The position numbers were made by a program, and so were the translations under genes. From assembly GCA_030730025.1 (NCBI GenBank), contig JANQWC010000003.1, positions 47,551-111,550 of the forward strand: a DNA stretch of 64,000 bases, given 5' to 3'. Source of the stretch: Crocinitomicaceae bacterium. Lineage in GTDB: Bacteria; Bacteroidota; Bacteroidia; Flavobacteriales_D; Crocinitomicaceae. Of the stretch, positions 8,548 through 18,749 are shown piece after piece; positions within the stretch are counted from its first letter, which is position 1, and the number at the start of each line of letters is the position of its first letter. The notes below the pieces were generated by a model. It ran no database searches and was not told where the DNA came from. It saw nothing but the letters and a program-made list of their open reading frames with translations.

Positions 8548-8979
8548 TTATCTGATCACGATGATTTCACCCAAATCTTTGGTCTCATTTTTACCAATTT
8601 CGATGGTGAATTTGACTGGTTCTTTGGTGTAGTAGTCGTCGTCGTTATTGGTGATCGAATTGCCAGTATGGAAAACCTCATTGTAGGCAAAAACGGTATA
8701 GGTACCAGGGAATAAATAATTGAAACTAAAGGTGCCGTCGTGGTTGCATTCAATTTTATCGTCGAAGATGCTGTCTTGGGTGCCGTAAACGATATAAACA
8801 TCTTCGGTAGCCCCAGGATAGCTTACCGTCTGTGCCAATACACCATTGATGTACAGCTTTTCGTTAATGGTCAATTTACCTGTTATTTTGCTACGGCCGC
8901 CTTCACCTTCATACTTTTGACAGCCTGAAAAACCGAGCGTGAGAAGGGCAATAGATAGAATCAAGGAAAGTCTTTTCAT
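8548..8979 (-). CDS. small lipoprotein with carboxypeptidase-regulatory-like (Ig-like) fold
   Basis: The lipobox is LTLGFSG|C. The pattern ITGKLTI...DGTFSFNYLFPGTYTVFAY is typical of CarboxypepD_reg-like domains. The stop lies 2 nt upstream of the next gene in the same direction. Confidence 0.65.
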   Translation of the reverse strand: MKRLSLILSIALLTLGFSGCQKYEGEGGRSKITGKLTINEKLYINGVLAQTVSYPGATEDVYIVYGTQDSIFDDKIECNHDGTFSFNYLFPGTYTVFAYNEVFHTGNSITNNDDDYYTKEPVKFTIEIGKNETKDLGEIIVIR

Positions 8980-9091
8980 TTCTTTTTTTTGACAATGTTA
9001 AGAAAAAAACAACTTTTCTCTGCTTCTTGCGTCTATTTGTTTGGATAAAAATCGATATTTCACTAATATTGGTACCGCTAAACCAAGCTAA

Positions 9092-12000
9092 ATGAAACAC
9101 TTACTACTCTCCTTCCTTTTTTGCCTTCCTTCTCTTGTTTTTTCGCAAGTTGTGATCAACGAATATTCGTGTTCAAACATGACCGGACCTACCGATGCAT
9201 TCGGCGAGCGTGAAGACTGGATTGAGCTCTACAATACCAGTGCAGCGCCAATAGATTTAACGGGATGGTTCCTATCAGACAGAGCCGGGAATATTACTAA
9301 ATGGCAAGTGCCTAGCGGAAGTATTGCTGCAAATGGTTTTCAAATGGTTTTTTGCTCCAAAAGAGATTTAGTTTCCGGCAATGAATACCACCCTAATTTT
9401 AATCTTTCTCAAACTGGTGGAGATTGGATCATCTTATCTAATCCTTCAGCTGTTGTTGTAGACTCCTTTAAAATTGTTCACCTGACCAAATCAAATCATT
9501 CAGTTGGGCGCTCGAGCAACGGTGCCATCGACTTCAAATTATTCACAACGCCAACCCCAAATGCCAACAACATTGGAGGCGTCAATTTTTATCCCCCCAA
9601 ACCTGTTTTCAGTTTAGCTCCGGGTTTTTACCCTAGCGCACAAACCGTAACCATTACTTGTGCTGACCCCACAGCTACTATCCGCTACACACTAGACGGT
9701 TCAAACCCAATAGCCACCTCTCCCACATACACAGCGCCCATCAATATCACTACCACCAAAGTATTGCGCGCCACAGCCTTTGGCGCTACTCTTTCTTCTT
9801 TTACGGAAACCAACACTTATTTCATCAATGTAAACCATACGGTTCCTGTTGTTTCGGTTTGTAGCCAAGGGGTTTATTCATTGGTGGCAAACGGCAGTCA
9901 AAACCCGCCCAACCGCGTTGGTTCATTCGAGCTTTTTGAACAAGATGGCACCTTTATCGATGAATCTGAAGGAGACTTCAATAAACATGGTAACGATTCA
10001 TGGGCCTATGCTCAGCGCGGCTTTGACTTTGTGTGCCGAGACCAATACGGTCATAATGGCGACCTCGAACACGAAATTTTCCCTGAAAAAAGTCGCGATG
10101 CTTTTCAGCGTGTCATTTTAAAGCCAGGCGCCAGCGACAACTATCCTTTTGAACAAGGTGCCCATATCCGAGATGCGTTTATCCATACGCTTTCTATCCG
10201 TGCAGACATGAAACTCGACGAGCGTACTTGGCGTCCGGCTGTTGTTTATTTGAACGGTAACTTCTGGGGAGTGTATGAAATCCGCGAAAAAGCTGATGAC
10301 CACGACTACACCGATATTTATTATGATCAAAACAAATTCAACCTTCACTATCTTAAAACTTGGGGAGGAACTTGGCAAGAGTACGGCGCACCAAATGCCC
10401 AGCCAAGTTGGAATGCGCTGCGCAATTATATCCTTACCAACAACATGAGCAATCCAGCGAACTTCAACTACGTTGATTCTTTGCTGAGCTGGAAGTCACT
10501 CTCTGATTACTTCATGATCAATTCCTATACGGTCAATCAAGACTGGCTCAACTGGAATACAGCTTGGTGGCGCGGCCTAGACACCACCGGAGACCACAAA
10601 AAGTGGGGTTATGCCCTCTGGGACATGGACGCCACCTTTGGCCACTACATTAACTATACAGGCATTCCAGATCCAAGTGCAAATGCCGACCCTTGTAACG
10701 CAGAAAACCTACCTAATCCGGGTGGTCAGGGGCACACAGACATCCTAGAGAAACTGATCGATGAAAATCCGGAGGTTGAGCAGTACTATATCACGCGCTA
10801 CATCGACCTGATCAACACTTCCTTTAGTTGTGTGAGTATGCTTGCGCTGCTCGACAGCATGGTCAACGAAATTGACCCTGAAATGACGGCGCATTGTGCC
10901 AAATGGGGCGGTACCTACAACGGCTGGCAATCGAGAGTAACCCAATTGCGGAACTTCATCAACCAGCGCTGTTTAGCTATGGAACAAGGCCTAATTGATT
11001 GCTACCAACTTTCAGGACCTTTTGCCACTACCTTTGACGTAACGCCAGCAGGTGCCGGCACCATTCAAGTGAATTCTATCGATCCTCCATCCTATCCATG
11101 GACCACCAGCTATTTTGGAGGTATCCAGACTCTGATAGAACCGGATGCCAATCCTGGCTTTATGTTCAGTCACTGGACCGTCACTACAGGCCCACTTGGC
11201 TTGCCATCTACAACGGAAAATAACTTCATCAATATCAATGGTCCTGAAACAATAGTAGCAGTTTTTGTTCCAGATGTTCCAGATTTAGATGGTGACGGCT
11301 GTTTAAATGTTGATGAAATCCTATTAGGAACGGACATTAATAATCCAGATACCGACGGCGACGGCGAGAACGATTGCGATGAAATCGGCAATATTGGAGC
11401 GCCAACAGATACCGACGGCGATGGTATTATTGACGCACTAGAGTCTTCAATAGTAGACACCGACGGCGATGGCGTCATGGATGAGCTCGACCCAGACAAC
11501 ACCAATCCATGTATTCCGAACGCCAACGCAGGCCCTTGTGACCAAGACGGCGATGGCCTCACCAACAGCCAGGAAAACGCTGCTGGCACGAGCCCTACCA
11601 ATCCCGATACCGATGGCGATGGCCTCACCGACGGTGCGGAGGTAACCAACGGCTCCGATCCGCTCAACCCTTGCGACCCAGACGACACCCTCCCGGGTTG
11701 CCAAATCGATACCGATTTTGACGGCCTTACCGATGCGCAAGAAGGCGTGCTCGGCACCAACCCACTCAACCCCGACACCGATGGCGATGGCATCAACGAC
11801 GGCACAGAAGTCGCAAACGGCACCAATCCGCTAGACCCATGTGACCCGGATGGCAGCAGCCCTGAATGCGCCACCGGCATCTTCTTCCCAACAGCGTTTT
11901 CACCCAACGGGGTGGGCAATGGCCTCAATGAAGTGTATCAAATTATTGCGGGCAAGGATATCGCAGCCATCAACTTTAAGATTGTAGACCGCTGGGGCAA

Positions 12001-12154
12001 CCTCATGTACTCTTCCACCAACAAACAATTCAAATGGGACGGCACGCACAAAGAGAAGCCTTGCAATAGCGGGGTGTATGCTTATGTTTGCGATGTCACT
12101 TATGACAACGGCAGCACTAAGAAATTCACAGGTAACATCACATTAATTCGATAA
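9092..12154 (+). CDS. T9SS cargo: lamin-tail domain + CotH kinase-family domain + eight thrombospondin type-3 Ca-binding repeats + type-B (gliding-motility) C-terminal sorting domain
   Basis: The signal peptide is ...PSLVFS|Q. The lamin-tail domain is marked by VVINEYSC...[23 protein letters not shown], and the CotH core by [23 protein letters not shown]. Eight D-x-D-G-D-G units follow. The C-terminus [18 protein letters not shown]...[10 protein letters not shown]...WDG...GVYAY...GNITLIR matches the type-B CTD pattern. Confidence 0.85.
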   Translation: MKHLLLSFLFCLPSLVFSQVVINEYSCSNMTGPTDAFGEREDWIELYNTSAAPIDLTGWFLSDRAGNITKWQVPSGSIAANGFQMVFCSKRDLVSGNEYHPNFNLSQTGGDWIILSNPSAVVVDSFKIVHLTKSNHSVGRSSNGAIDFKLFTTPTPNANNIGGVNFYPPKPVFSLAPGFYPSAQTVTITCADPTATIRYTLDGSNPIATSPTYTAPINITTTKVLRATAFGATLSSFTETNTYFINVNHTVPVVSVCSQGVYSLVANGSQNPPNRVGSFELFEQDGTFIDESEGDFNKHGNDSWAYAQRGFDFVCRDQYGHNGDLEHEIFPEKSRDAFQRVILKPGASDNYPFEQGAHIRDAFIHTLSIRADMKLDERTWRPAVVYLNGNFWGVYEIREKADDHDYTDIYYDQNKFNLHYLKTWGGTWQEYGAPNAQPSWNALRNYILTNNMSNPANFNYVDSLLSWKSLSDYFMINSYTVNQDWLNWNTAWWRGLDTTGDHKKWGYALWDMDATFGHYINYTGIPDPSANADPCNAENLPNPGGQGHTDILEKLIDENPEVEQYYITRYIDLINTSFSCVSMLALLDSMVNEIDPEMTAHCAKWGGTYNGWQSRVTQLRNFINQRCLAMEQGLIDCYQLSGPFATTFDVTPAGAGTIQVNSIDPPSYPWTTSYFGGIQTLIEPDANPGFMFSHWTVTTGPLGLPSTTENNFININGPETIVAVFVPDVPDLDGDGCLNVDEILLGTDINNPDTDGDGENDCDEIGNIGAPTDTDGDGIIDALESSIVDTDGDGVMDELDPDNTNPCIPNANAGPCDQDGDGLTNSQENAAGTSPTNPDTDGDGLTDGAEVTNGSDPLNPCDPDDTLPGCQIDTDFDGLTDAQEGVLGTNPLNPDTDGDGINDGTEVANGTNPLDPCDPDGSSPECATGIFFPTAFSPNGVGNGLNEVYQIIAGKDIAAINFKIVDRWGNLMYSSTNKQFKWDGTHKEKPCNSGVYAYVCDVTYDNGSTKKFTGNITLIR
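11281..11860 (+). repeat. coding tandem repeats: eight thrombospondin type-3-like DxDGDG calcium-binding units
   Basis: Recurrent gat/gac-acc-gac/gat-ggc-gat/gac-ggc nucleotide units encode DLDGDG, DTDGDG (x5), DQDGDG and DTDFDG. Confidence 0.8.
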
Positions 12155-12157
12155 GCG

Positions 12158-13207
12158 ATGCACCTCAAAAGATGTCTCTTTTCAGTTACAATTGCCTTGT
12201 CTGTGCTGGGTATTTTTCCGAATGCTGGCCTTGCCCAAGATTTTCACCTGACGCAAGCAGACCGCAGCATGCCTTTTCTGAATCCTGCTTTTGTCGGGGC
12301 TTACAAAGGTTTTGAAAGAATTACGCTGCTCAATCGCAACCAATGGATTGGTTCTGGTACGCAATTTCTGACCACCTACGGCATGGCAGAATTCACCCCA
12401 GGCCGCACGCGACAGACGGAGCGCGCATATGCGGGAATCGGGGCTTCTTTTAGCAACGATGTCGGCGGTGACTCCCGCATGACTCAAAAATCTTTTGGGC
12501 TCACTGCAAGTGGCCATATTCCGCTGGCAAAAGGGCATTGGTTAGACGCCGGTATCCAGACCGCCATTCAGCAACGCAGCGCCGATTTCAGCAGTTTGCT
12601 TTATTACTCGCAATGGAACGGCTCGGCTTTAGACCCGAGTGTTTTTTCGGGTGAAGAAAACGATTTTGTCAATTTTGCGTTTGTCGATGCAAGCTTAGGG
12701 GTAGCGTATCGTTTTGAGCCCAATCAGCGCGGCGAATTGCGCGACGGCCAATGGTCTTTGCAAACTGGCCTTTCGTTTCAGCACGTCAACCGCCCGCGTT
12801 TACAGTACAACACCCTCTCCGCCGATCGTTTGTATCGCAAAGCTGTGGGGTACGCTTGCTTTTCTCTTGGGCTCAACGAAGTTTCTGCCTTGCAATTGTC
12901 GCTCACGCATTTGCGCCAAGGAGGCCACTCCGAGAGCATGCTCGGCGCCATTTACCGCATGAAGCTCCGCGGCAGTTCTCAGGTCACCAATGAGGTCAGC
13001 ACAAGATTCTTGAGCGCAGGCTTGTACTTTCGTTCTACGGCTGCTGTAGCGCCATATATTGCTCTAGACATGGGCGCGTTTGATTTCGGGATTTCTTACG
13101 ACGCTGATTTAGGCGCCACATCTTCTGTTTTCAGACATTCTGTCGAGCTCAACCTCGCTTATACCTTCCTGAAAAAATCTGCTTTTAAAGGTAGCCGTTT
13201 GCGCTAA
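12158..13207 (+). CDS. PorP/SprF-family type IX secretion system membrane protein
   Basis: The signal peptide is ...NAGLA|Q. The N-terminal motif FHLTQADRSMPFLNPAFVGAY...ITLLNRNQW is characteristic of PorP/SprF. The gene starts 3 nt after the type-B CTD cargo gene, which is the known cargo-PorP pairing. Confidence 0.8.
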   Translation: MHLKRCLFSVTIALSVLGIFPNAGLAQDFHLTQADRSMPFLNPAFVGAYKGFERITLLNRNQWIGSGTQFLTTYGMAEFTPGRTRQTERAYAGIGASFSNDVGGDSRMTQKSFGLTASGHIPLAKGHWLDAGIQTAIQQRSADFSSLLYYSQWNGSALDPSVFSGEENDFVNFAFVDASLGVAYRFEPNQRGELRDGQWSLQTGLSFQHVNRPRLQYNTLSADRLYRKAVGYACFSLGLNEVSALQLSLTHLRQGGHSESMLGAIYRMKLRGSSQVTNEVSTRFLSAGLYFRSTAAVAPYIALDMGAFDFGISYDADLGATSSVFRHSVELNLAYTFLKKSAFKGSRLR

Positions 13208-14711
13208 GAAATGCTTTCCATTGTGCGGCTTGTGCTTTGTTCATGACGCGCGGCATCTTGTTTTGAGCACCTAGTTTTCCGATACTTTCTAGATACGCAT
13301 AAAATACCGCTGTGGGCAGCAATTTGAGCTGAGGCATTGGCATGCTGTGCTTGCGCACATAAGCGTAGTCGTCGTTGATGTCTTGTAGCGCGCTGTCTAT
13401 TTGTTCGATGATACTCGGCGTGGCTTTGTGTTCATCGCAGCCAATATACCAGCAGTGCTTTAGGCCCTCTTCGTCTGCATGGATAGTGTATTCCGAAAAG
13501 GAAAGTTTGTTTTGCGTACTGACTGATTTCAATGCTTGATTGATATTATCCAAAGACAAATGCTCTCCACATAAACTCAAAAATTGCTTGATGCGCCCAG
13601 AAATAATGATTTCATGGGTGGTGGTGTCTGTAAAACGAACGAGGTCACCGAGCATGTAGCGCCAGAGCCCTGCATTGGTACTAATGACAAGAGCGTAGTC
13701 AATGCCTGGCTTGACTTCACTGATGGAATACGCTTTGAATTTGTTTTTGAGTTCGCCGGACTCCGTAAAATACTCGGCATTAAAGGGCACAAACTCAAAA
13801 AAAATGCTGTTGTTCAAAAGCAGCGTCATGCCTCTTTTTTTAGGGCTCGTTTGGTAGGCGAAATATCCTTCGCTCGCTAAATAGGTATCGAGCAAAACCA
13901 CTGGTTTACCTGAAACTTTTTGCAAGCGCTCTACAAAAGGGTCCATGTAAACGCCGCCGTGCACATAAACCTGGAAATTGGGCCAAATTTCGTGGATGTT
14001 GTTGATTTTGTAGTGCTTGACAATCTCTTCGAGCAAGAGCACACACCAGCTCGGGATGCCCGCCATGATGCCGATATCCCACTTAGGGGCTTCCTGCACC
14101 ATTAAAGGCAGTTTGGCTTTCCAGTCTTTGAGATGGGTAATTTTTTTAGTGGGCTTGGTAAAAGGCGCAGCGATTAGTGAAGTATGTTTTTTTAAGATGC
14201 CGCTGAGGTCGCCTTCGTAGTGTTGGTCTATTTTTTTGAGTTTGGTCGAGCCGCCGACCGCCAATACTTTGGCGCTGTAAAATGGATCAGGGAGGTTCAG
14301 TTCGTGGAGGATGGAAAATTGACGCAGGGATACGCGTTGAAAGGAGCGGATCATTTCGGTGCTTACCGGTATTCTTTTGCTAGGGGCGCCGGTTGTGCCC
14401 GATGATAAGGCAAAGTATTTGATGCGGCCCGGCCAGATGGCATCTTTTTTACCCTTGATGGTGTCTTCTAACCAATCGGTATAAAATGCTTCGTATTCCG
14501 TGATTGGAACGTTCTGTTGGTAACGAGAGACGAGGTCTGATTTTTGCAGCAAATTAGCAAATTGATAACGTTGGCCAAAAGCTGTTTTTTTGGCGTGATC
14601 TATATTTTGGCGCAAGACCTCTAGTTGTTGTTTGTAGCTAGCGCTCACGCGTGATATGCGCTTGAAACTTATTGCTGTACTACGCTGTATGAGCTTACCA
14701 ATTATCGGCAT
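13185..14711 (-). CDS. GH3 (auxin-responsive promoter) family adenylate-forming enzyme homologue
   Basis: YFALSSGTTGAPSKRIPVS (AMP-binding-like P-loop), LLDTYLASEGYFAYQ and GLWRYMLGDLVRF match bacterial GH3-family proteins. I prefer the start at the ATG at 14711 (MPIIGKLIQR...). The 55-codon upstream extension in the ORF track runs into the divergent promoter region. Confidence 0.8.
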   Translation of the reverse strand: MPIIGKLIQRSTAISFKRISRVSASYKQQLEVLRQNIDHAKKTAFGQRYQFANLLQKSDLVSRYQQNVPITEYEAFYTDWLEDTIKGKKDAIWPGRIKYFALSSGTTGAPSKRIPVSTEMIRSFQRVSLRQFSILHELNLPDPFYSAKVLAVGGSTKLKKIDQHYEGDLSGILKKHTSLIAAPFTKPTKKITHLKDWKAKLPLMVQEAPKWDIGIMAGIPSWCVLLLEEIVKHYKINNIHEIWPNFQVYVHGGVYMDPFVERLQKVSGKPVVLLDTYLASEGYFAYQTSPKKRGMTLLLNNSIFFEFVPFNAEYFTESGELKNKFKAYSISEVKPGIDYALVISTNAGLWRYMLGDLVRFTDTTTHEIIISGRIKQFLSLCGEHLSLDNINQALKSVSTQNKLSFSEYTIHADEEGLKHCWYIGCDEHKATPSIIEQIDSALQDINDDYAYVRKHSMPMPQLKLLPTAVFYAYLESIGKLGAQNKMPRVMNKAQAAQWKAFLSANGYL

Positions 14712-14744
14712 TTGAAAAGAAGCTTTTTTAGCTGAGACTTCACA

Positions 14745-14752
14745 CAAAAATA
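14745..14752 (-). promoter_or_regulatory. candidate Bacteroidota -7 promoter box (TATTTTTG on minus strand) for the GH3 gene
   Basis: Plus-strand CAAAAATA is the reverse complement of the TAnnTTTG consensus. It lies 33 nt upstream of the ATG at 14711. Confidence 0.35.
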
Positions 14753-14788
14753 AAGAGAAAACTAGTGCGTTCTTACTGCACTTTGTTT

Positions 14789-14796
14789 TAAATTTG
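14789..14796 (+). promoter_or_regulatory. candidate Bacteroidota -7 promoter box (TAAATTTG) for the usp-fbp unit
   Basis: Exact TAnnTTTG match, 14 nt upstream of the ATG at 14811. Confidence 0.4.
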
Positions 14797-14810
14797 TAAA
14801 AAACTTGACT

Positions 14811-15635
14811 ATGCAAACTAAAACCTTCATTGTTCCTCACGACTTTACTGCAGTGGCCGATATCGCCCTTCAACACGCCATTGCCACAGCCAAGCCTCTA
14901 GGTGCTCAAATTCAAGTACTTCACGTCGTATCCAAAGACACCCAAATCCCCGAAGCACTTGCGCAACTAGAAAATATCATCGGACAATTTGAACAAGAAG
15001 GCGTCGCACTCAAGCCCAATGTGCGCATCGGCAGCATTTTCGAAGACATCGGTGCCTTTGCCGCTGAGCATCAGGCCGAACTGATCGTGATGGGTACCCA
15101 TGGTGCACACGGTTGGCAACACATCACTGGAAGCCACGCTCTTAAAGTGGTGACAAGCTCTCAGGTTCCTTTCATCATCGTGCAAGAGAAAGCAGTCAAG
15201 GCAAGTGGCTATGACTCCATTGTTGTCCCGATGGACCTCCACAAAGAAACCAAACAAAAACTTTCAATTGTTGCCAATTTGGCACAATACTTCAAGTCTA
15301 AAGTACACGTTGTTACACCAGACGAATCCGACGAGTTTTTGCGTCACCAAGTGCGTTCCAACATCACTTTCTCTGAAGGATTCTTTAAAGACCGCGGCAT
15401 TGAAATGACCAGCGCAGTTGTCCCAAGTTCTGGCTTTGACAAAGAAGTTGTCAAATATGCTGTTAGCGTAGATGCCGATCTGATCGCCATCATGAACCTC
15501 CAGCGCAACAACCTCTTTACGGCCCTCACTTCTAATCACGAGCAGTACATCATCACTAATGATGCACTCATTCCAACGCTAATCGTCAATCCTATTCACT
15601 TAGGTTCTGACTACAGCAATATGTTCTCTATGTAA
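14811..15635 (+). CDS. universal stress protein, tandem UspA domains
   Basis: There are two Usp-like halves: [18 protein letters not shown]...VLHVV...LIVMGTHG and [11 protein letters not shown]...DLIAIMN. Confidence 0.8.
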   Translation: MQTKTFIVPHDFTAVADIALQHAIATAKPLGAQIQVLHVVSKDTQIPEALAQLENIIGQFEQEGVALKPNVRIGSIFEDIGAFAAEHQAELIVMGTHGAHGWQHITGSHALKVVTSSQVPFIIVQEKAVKASGYDSIVVPMDLHKETKQKLSIVANLAQYFKSKVHVVTPDESDEFLRHQVRSNITFSEGFFKDRGIEMTSAVVPSSGFDKEVVKYAVSVDADLIAIMNLQRNNLFTALTSNHEQYIITNDALIPTLIVNPIHLGSDYSNMFSM

Positions 15636-15637
15636 GC

Positions 15638-16633
15638 ATGTCTAAACTCACTACCCTACACGAGTTTATTGTCAGCAAGCAAAAAGATTTTCCATTTGCT
15701 ACCGGAGAGCTCTCGCGTTTGCTGAGCGATATCGCCTTGGCTTCAAAAATTGTCAGCAATGATGTCCGCAAGGCCGGATTAGTAGACCACATCCTGGGCG
15801 CCCAAGGCGGTCAAAATGTGCAAGGCGAAGAACAGCAAAAATTAGATGTTGTTGCCGACGAAGCATTTATTCGCGCTTTTGAAAACGGCGGCGAAGTCTG
15901 TGGCATTGCCTCCGAAGAAAACGACGACTACCTTGCCTTTGAATCCGAACAAGCACAAAATGCCAATTATGTCATTTTATTTGATCCGCTAGACGGCTCC
16001 TCTAATATTGATGTCAACGTATCCATCGGCACCATCTTTTCTATTTACCGAAGGGTTTCACCTCAAGGTTCCAAGGCAACTTTGGCAGATATGTTGCAGC
16101 CAGGTACCCAACAAGTGGCTGCTGGCTACGTGCTTTACGGCTCTTCTACCATCTTAGTTTATACCACCGGCAATGGCGTCAATGGCTTTACCCTAGACCC
16201 TTCCATTGGCGAATTCTTTTTGTCGCATCCGGATATGAAAATGCCAGAAAACGGCAGGCTTTATTCGGTCAACGAAGGCAATCTCAATGATTTTGACCCA
16301 CAATTGCGCAGTTATTTGGCTTATTGCCAATCAAACGAAAATCAAACAGGGAAGCCTTATTCCGGACGCTATATTGGTTCTTTAGTAGCCGATTTTCACC
16401 GCAACCTGATCAAGGGCGGTGTTTACATTTACCCAACTGTTCCGTCTGCGCCAAATGGTCGTTTGCGCTTGTTGTATGAGTGCAACCCCTTGGCCTTTAT
16501 TGCCGAACAAGCAGGTGGTTTGGCCACAGACGGCAAACGCCGCATTTTGGATATCCAACCTAGTGCCTTGCACGAGCGTGTTGGTTTTTACATCGGCTCC
16601 AAGAAAATGGTAGAAAAAGCAATGGGGCTATAG
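15638..16633 (+). CDS. fbp: fructose-1,6-bisphosphatase class 1
   Basis: [56 protein letters not shown] and [21 protein letters not shown] are canonical class I FBPase motifs. Confidence 0.95.
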   Translation: MSKLTTLHEFIVSKQKDFPFATGELSRLLSDIALASKIVSNDVRKAGLVDHILGAQGGQNVQGEEQQKLDVVADEAFIRAFENGGEVCGIASEENDDYLAFESEQAQNANYVILFDPLDGSSNIDVNVSIGTIFSIYRRVSPQGSKATLADMLQPGTQQVAAGYVLYGSSTILVYTTGNGVNGFTLDPSIGEFFLSHPDMKMPENGRLYSVNEGNLNDFDPQLRSYLAYCQSNENQTGKPYSGRYIGSLVADFHRNLIKGGVYIYPTVPSAPNGRLRLLYECNPLAFIAEQAGGLATDGKRRILDIQPSALHERVGFYIGSKKMVEKAMGL

Positions 16634-16652
16634 CACCTCGCCTTCTGCTTGT

Positions 16653-17420
16653 TTAATTACCTCCTGGCTTCAGGTTAAAGGTATAATTCATCTCCACAAT
16701 TCCTGCACCGGGGTCTTTATTATATCTGACCTCACGCTTGATGCGTTCCTTGATATCGCTGATGGTGCGGTCATCAACGCAAGTTGTGAGCGATCTAATG
16801 GTGCGAACGCCAATCACTTGCCCTTCACTATTGATTTGCAACATAAACCCGATGCGGCATTCGAAATCATTTTCATAGCTTGGTAGGCTGACGCTATTCA
16901 AGCGTACACGTCCTTTTCCAGAACCTCTACCTGATCCGATACCATCGCCATCGCCGTTGCCGTTTCCAGGCCCGCCAAAAGGCCCGTTTCCGGAACCATT
17001 ACCGTTGCCGCTGCCCCCACTTCCAAAGAAGTTGGTGCTTTGCGTTGTGGTGGAGGTACCGTTGGTACCGTTTTGTGAATTGTGGTTGTTGGAATTGCCG
17101 CTATTATGGCTGAAATCACTTTGGCTAGAGGTGGCCACTCTTTCGGTTTGGTCGGCTGGTGGTGCAATGCGGCCAGATCCAGGGGTGCCACCACCTCGAG
17201 AACCTCCCGCAACGTATTCGAGTGCTACGTTATCTATCTGAAATTCTTCAATGACTTCATCTGAGCGGAGTGGAGGGGTATCCACCAATTGATCTGGTCG
17301 GGCGTCAAATTTAATGATGAAAGCCAACAGCAACATGGAGAGCAACCACACTGAAGTGTAGATCAAAGATTTTTTGGAATCTTCTCGTGCGCCGATGTAT
17401 TCTAATTGAAATTGTTCCAT
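16653..17420 (-). CDS. TonB-like energy transducer with a Gly/Asn/Ser-rich linker
   Basis: It has an N-terminal TM anchor (LIYTSVWLLSMLLLAFII), a low-complexity linker (GSGGSGNGNGSGNGPFGGPGNGNGDGDG) and a compact C-terminal domain. It is the last gene of the exbB-exbD operon. Confidence 0.6.
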   Translation of the reverse strand: MEQFQLEYIGAREDSKKSLIYTSVWLLSMLLLAFIIKFDARPDQLVDTPPLRSDEVIEEFQIDNVALEYVAGGSRGGGTPGSGRIAPPADQTERVATSSQSDFSHNSGNSNNHNSQNGTNGTSTTTQSTNFFGSGGSGNGNGSGNGPFGGPGNGNGDGDGIGSGRGSGKGRVRLNSVSLPSYENDFECRIGFMLQINSEGQVIGVRTIRSLTTCVDDRTISDIKERIKREVRYNKDPGAGIVEMNYTFNLKPGGN

Positions 17421-17456
17421 GATAAGGAGCTCTAGCTAATTTGACAATAAATAGAT

Positions 17457-17864
17457 TTACCCTTCTTTGGTGGCAATGATCATTTTGAGGTCATTGAGCA
17501 TGCCAATTTTGAGTAGGTCTACAAGTTCTTGTACTTGTGCATCAAATGGCAAGCGTAAAATGACGGTGTTGTCGCCAATTTTTTTGGTTTCTCCGATCAA
17601 GACACCTTCTAACTGATCCAAGGCAATTTCATCGTTGTTGACATAAAAATGGCGCTGTTGGTTCTCGTCAAATTTGACGGTCAGGGTTACGTGTTGTTTT
17701 TGCGTCTTTTCGTTGGCATCTGATTTGGGCAACGGAACTTTAATGACGTTCGGGTTGGCAAGTGTAGAGATGATCAAAAAGAACAATAACAAAAAGAACA
17801 TGATGTCGCTCAATGCAGAAGTAGCCACCTCTGCATGGAACCTTCTATTTCGCTTTATGGCCAT
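17457..17864 (-). CDS. exbD: biopolymer transporter ExbD/TolR
   Basis: The N-terminus AEVATSALSDIMFFLLLFFLI is followed by a periplasmic domain. It has the typical ExbD size and pattern. Confidence 0.85.
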   Translation of the reverse strand: MAIKRNRRFHAEVATSALSDIMFFLLLFFLIISTLANPNVIKVPLPKSDANEKTQKQHVTLTVKFDENQQRHFYVNNDEIALDQLEGVLIGETKKIGDNTVILRLPFDAQVQELVDLLKIGMLNDLKMIIATKEG

Positions 17865-18585
17865 CTTTTGAGTTCATTAATTTGATAAAATCTAAATTCA
17901 ATTTTTGAATGCCTAATGCGTAATTATCAATGATACTATTGAGTAGGTGATAGGCCGTGAAGGCGAGGATACCGACAACAAGACCTGAACCAGACGAAAT
18001 CATTTTCTCGTACAAACCACCTGAGATATTACCGATAGAGACATTTTCTGAGATAGAGATGCTGTAAAAGATTTTGATAACCCCAGAGATGGTTCCAATA
18101 AATCCTAAAGTAGGTGCAATACCTGCGATCAGACCTAAATGGTTGATGTTCTTCTCCATTTTGCCAATTTCGATGTTGGCTACTTTTTCCATGTTGCCTT
18201 CAATTTGTGCAATTGGTTGGCCGATAGACTGAACGCCTTCTTTGATGACCGAACCATAAGCCGTTAGGTCGCGGTTCGCGACATCGAGGGCTCCTTGCAT
18301 GCTGCCTGCATTGAGTTGGGTTTGTATTTCGTTGATGAGTAGCATGTTTTGCTTGGTCATGCGGCGGATATACAAAAAGCGCTCAACAGCTACGTAGGTA
18401 GTGTAAAACAATAATAGTGCAATTGGAATCAAAAAGACCCCACCTTTCATAAGGAAGTCAATGGCCGAAATTTCTTCGACAGTTTTGAAAGATTCTTCTG
18501 TTGCGGCTTCCGCTACTTGAGCACTTAAAACTCCGGCGCTCATTAAGAACGCTGCTACTAAGGTGTATTTGATTGAAAACTTCAT
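17845..18585 (-). CDS. exbB: MotA/TolQ/ExbB proton-channel protein
   Basis: LGLIAGIAPTLGFIGTISGVIKIF and GGLYEKMISSGSGLVVGILAF are MotA/ExbB channel motifs. The 3' end overlaps the exbD start by 20 nt. Confidence 0.85.
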   Translation of the reverse strand: MKFSIKYTLVAAFLMSAGVLSAQVAEAATEESFKTVEEISAIDFLMKGGVFLIPIALLLFYTTYVAVERFLYIRRMTKQNMLLINEIQTQLNAGSMQGALDVANRDLTAYGSVIKEGVQSIGQPIAQIEGNMEKVANIEIGKMEKNINHLGLIAGIAPTLGFIGTISGVIKIFYSISISENVSIGNISGGLYEKMISSGSGLVVGILAFTAYHLLNSIIDNYALGIQKLNLDFIKLMNSKDGHKAK

Positions 18586-18732
18586 AATTGGGTTCTAATT
18601 TGGTACGCTAAAATTAGTCATTGAGGGTAGGCAACACGCTTGAATTCCTTGGAGATATTCACACTGAATTGTTATTTGTAACGATATGACCGGAAAAGGT
18701 CACAAAATTTTTCGCTCCGCGGATACTTTGCG

Positions 18733-18740
18733 TAATTTTG
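18733..18740 (+). promoter_or_regulatory. candidate Bacteroidota -7 promoter box (TAATTTTG) for mfd
   Basis: Exact TAnnTTTG match, 9 nt upstream of the ATG at 18750. It overlaps the TTG that the ORF track used as the start. Confidence 0.4.
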
Positions 18741-18749
18741 CAGCCCTCT

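Noticed and set aside
11170-11928. A 252-codon ORF on the minus strand (and another at 11447-11740), antisense to the CotH/TSP3 gene.
   Set aside because: It lies entirely within the GAY-ACC-GAY-GGC repeat region. The reverse complement of these codons is stop-free by composition and yields Ser/Pro/Val low complexity. There is no start context and no independent evidence, so it is a repeat artefact.
14712-14876. A 55-codon N-terminal extension of the GH3 gene.
   Set aside because: It runs through the divergent promoter region and over the usp start. The ATG at 14711 gives a typical GH3-family N-terminus.
16898-17241. Overlapping ORFs on both strands inside the TonB-like gene.
   Set aside because: They are a by-product of the GGN/AAY low-complexity linker coding region. 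Their translations are Pro/Leu/Val low complexity.
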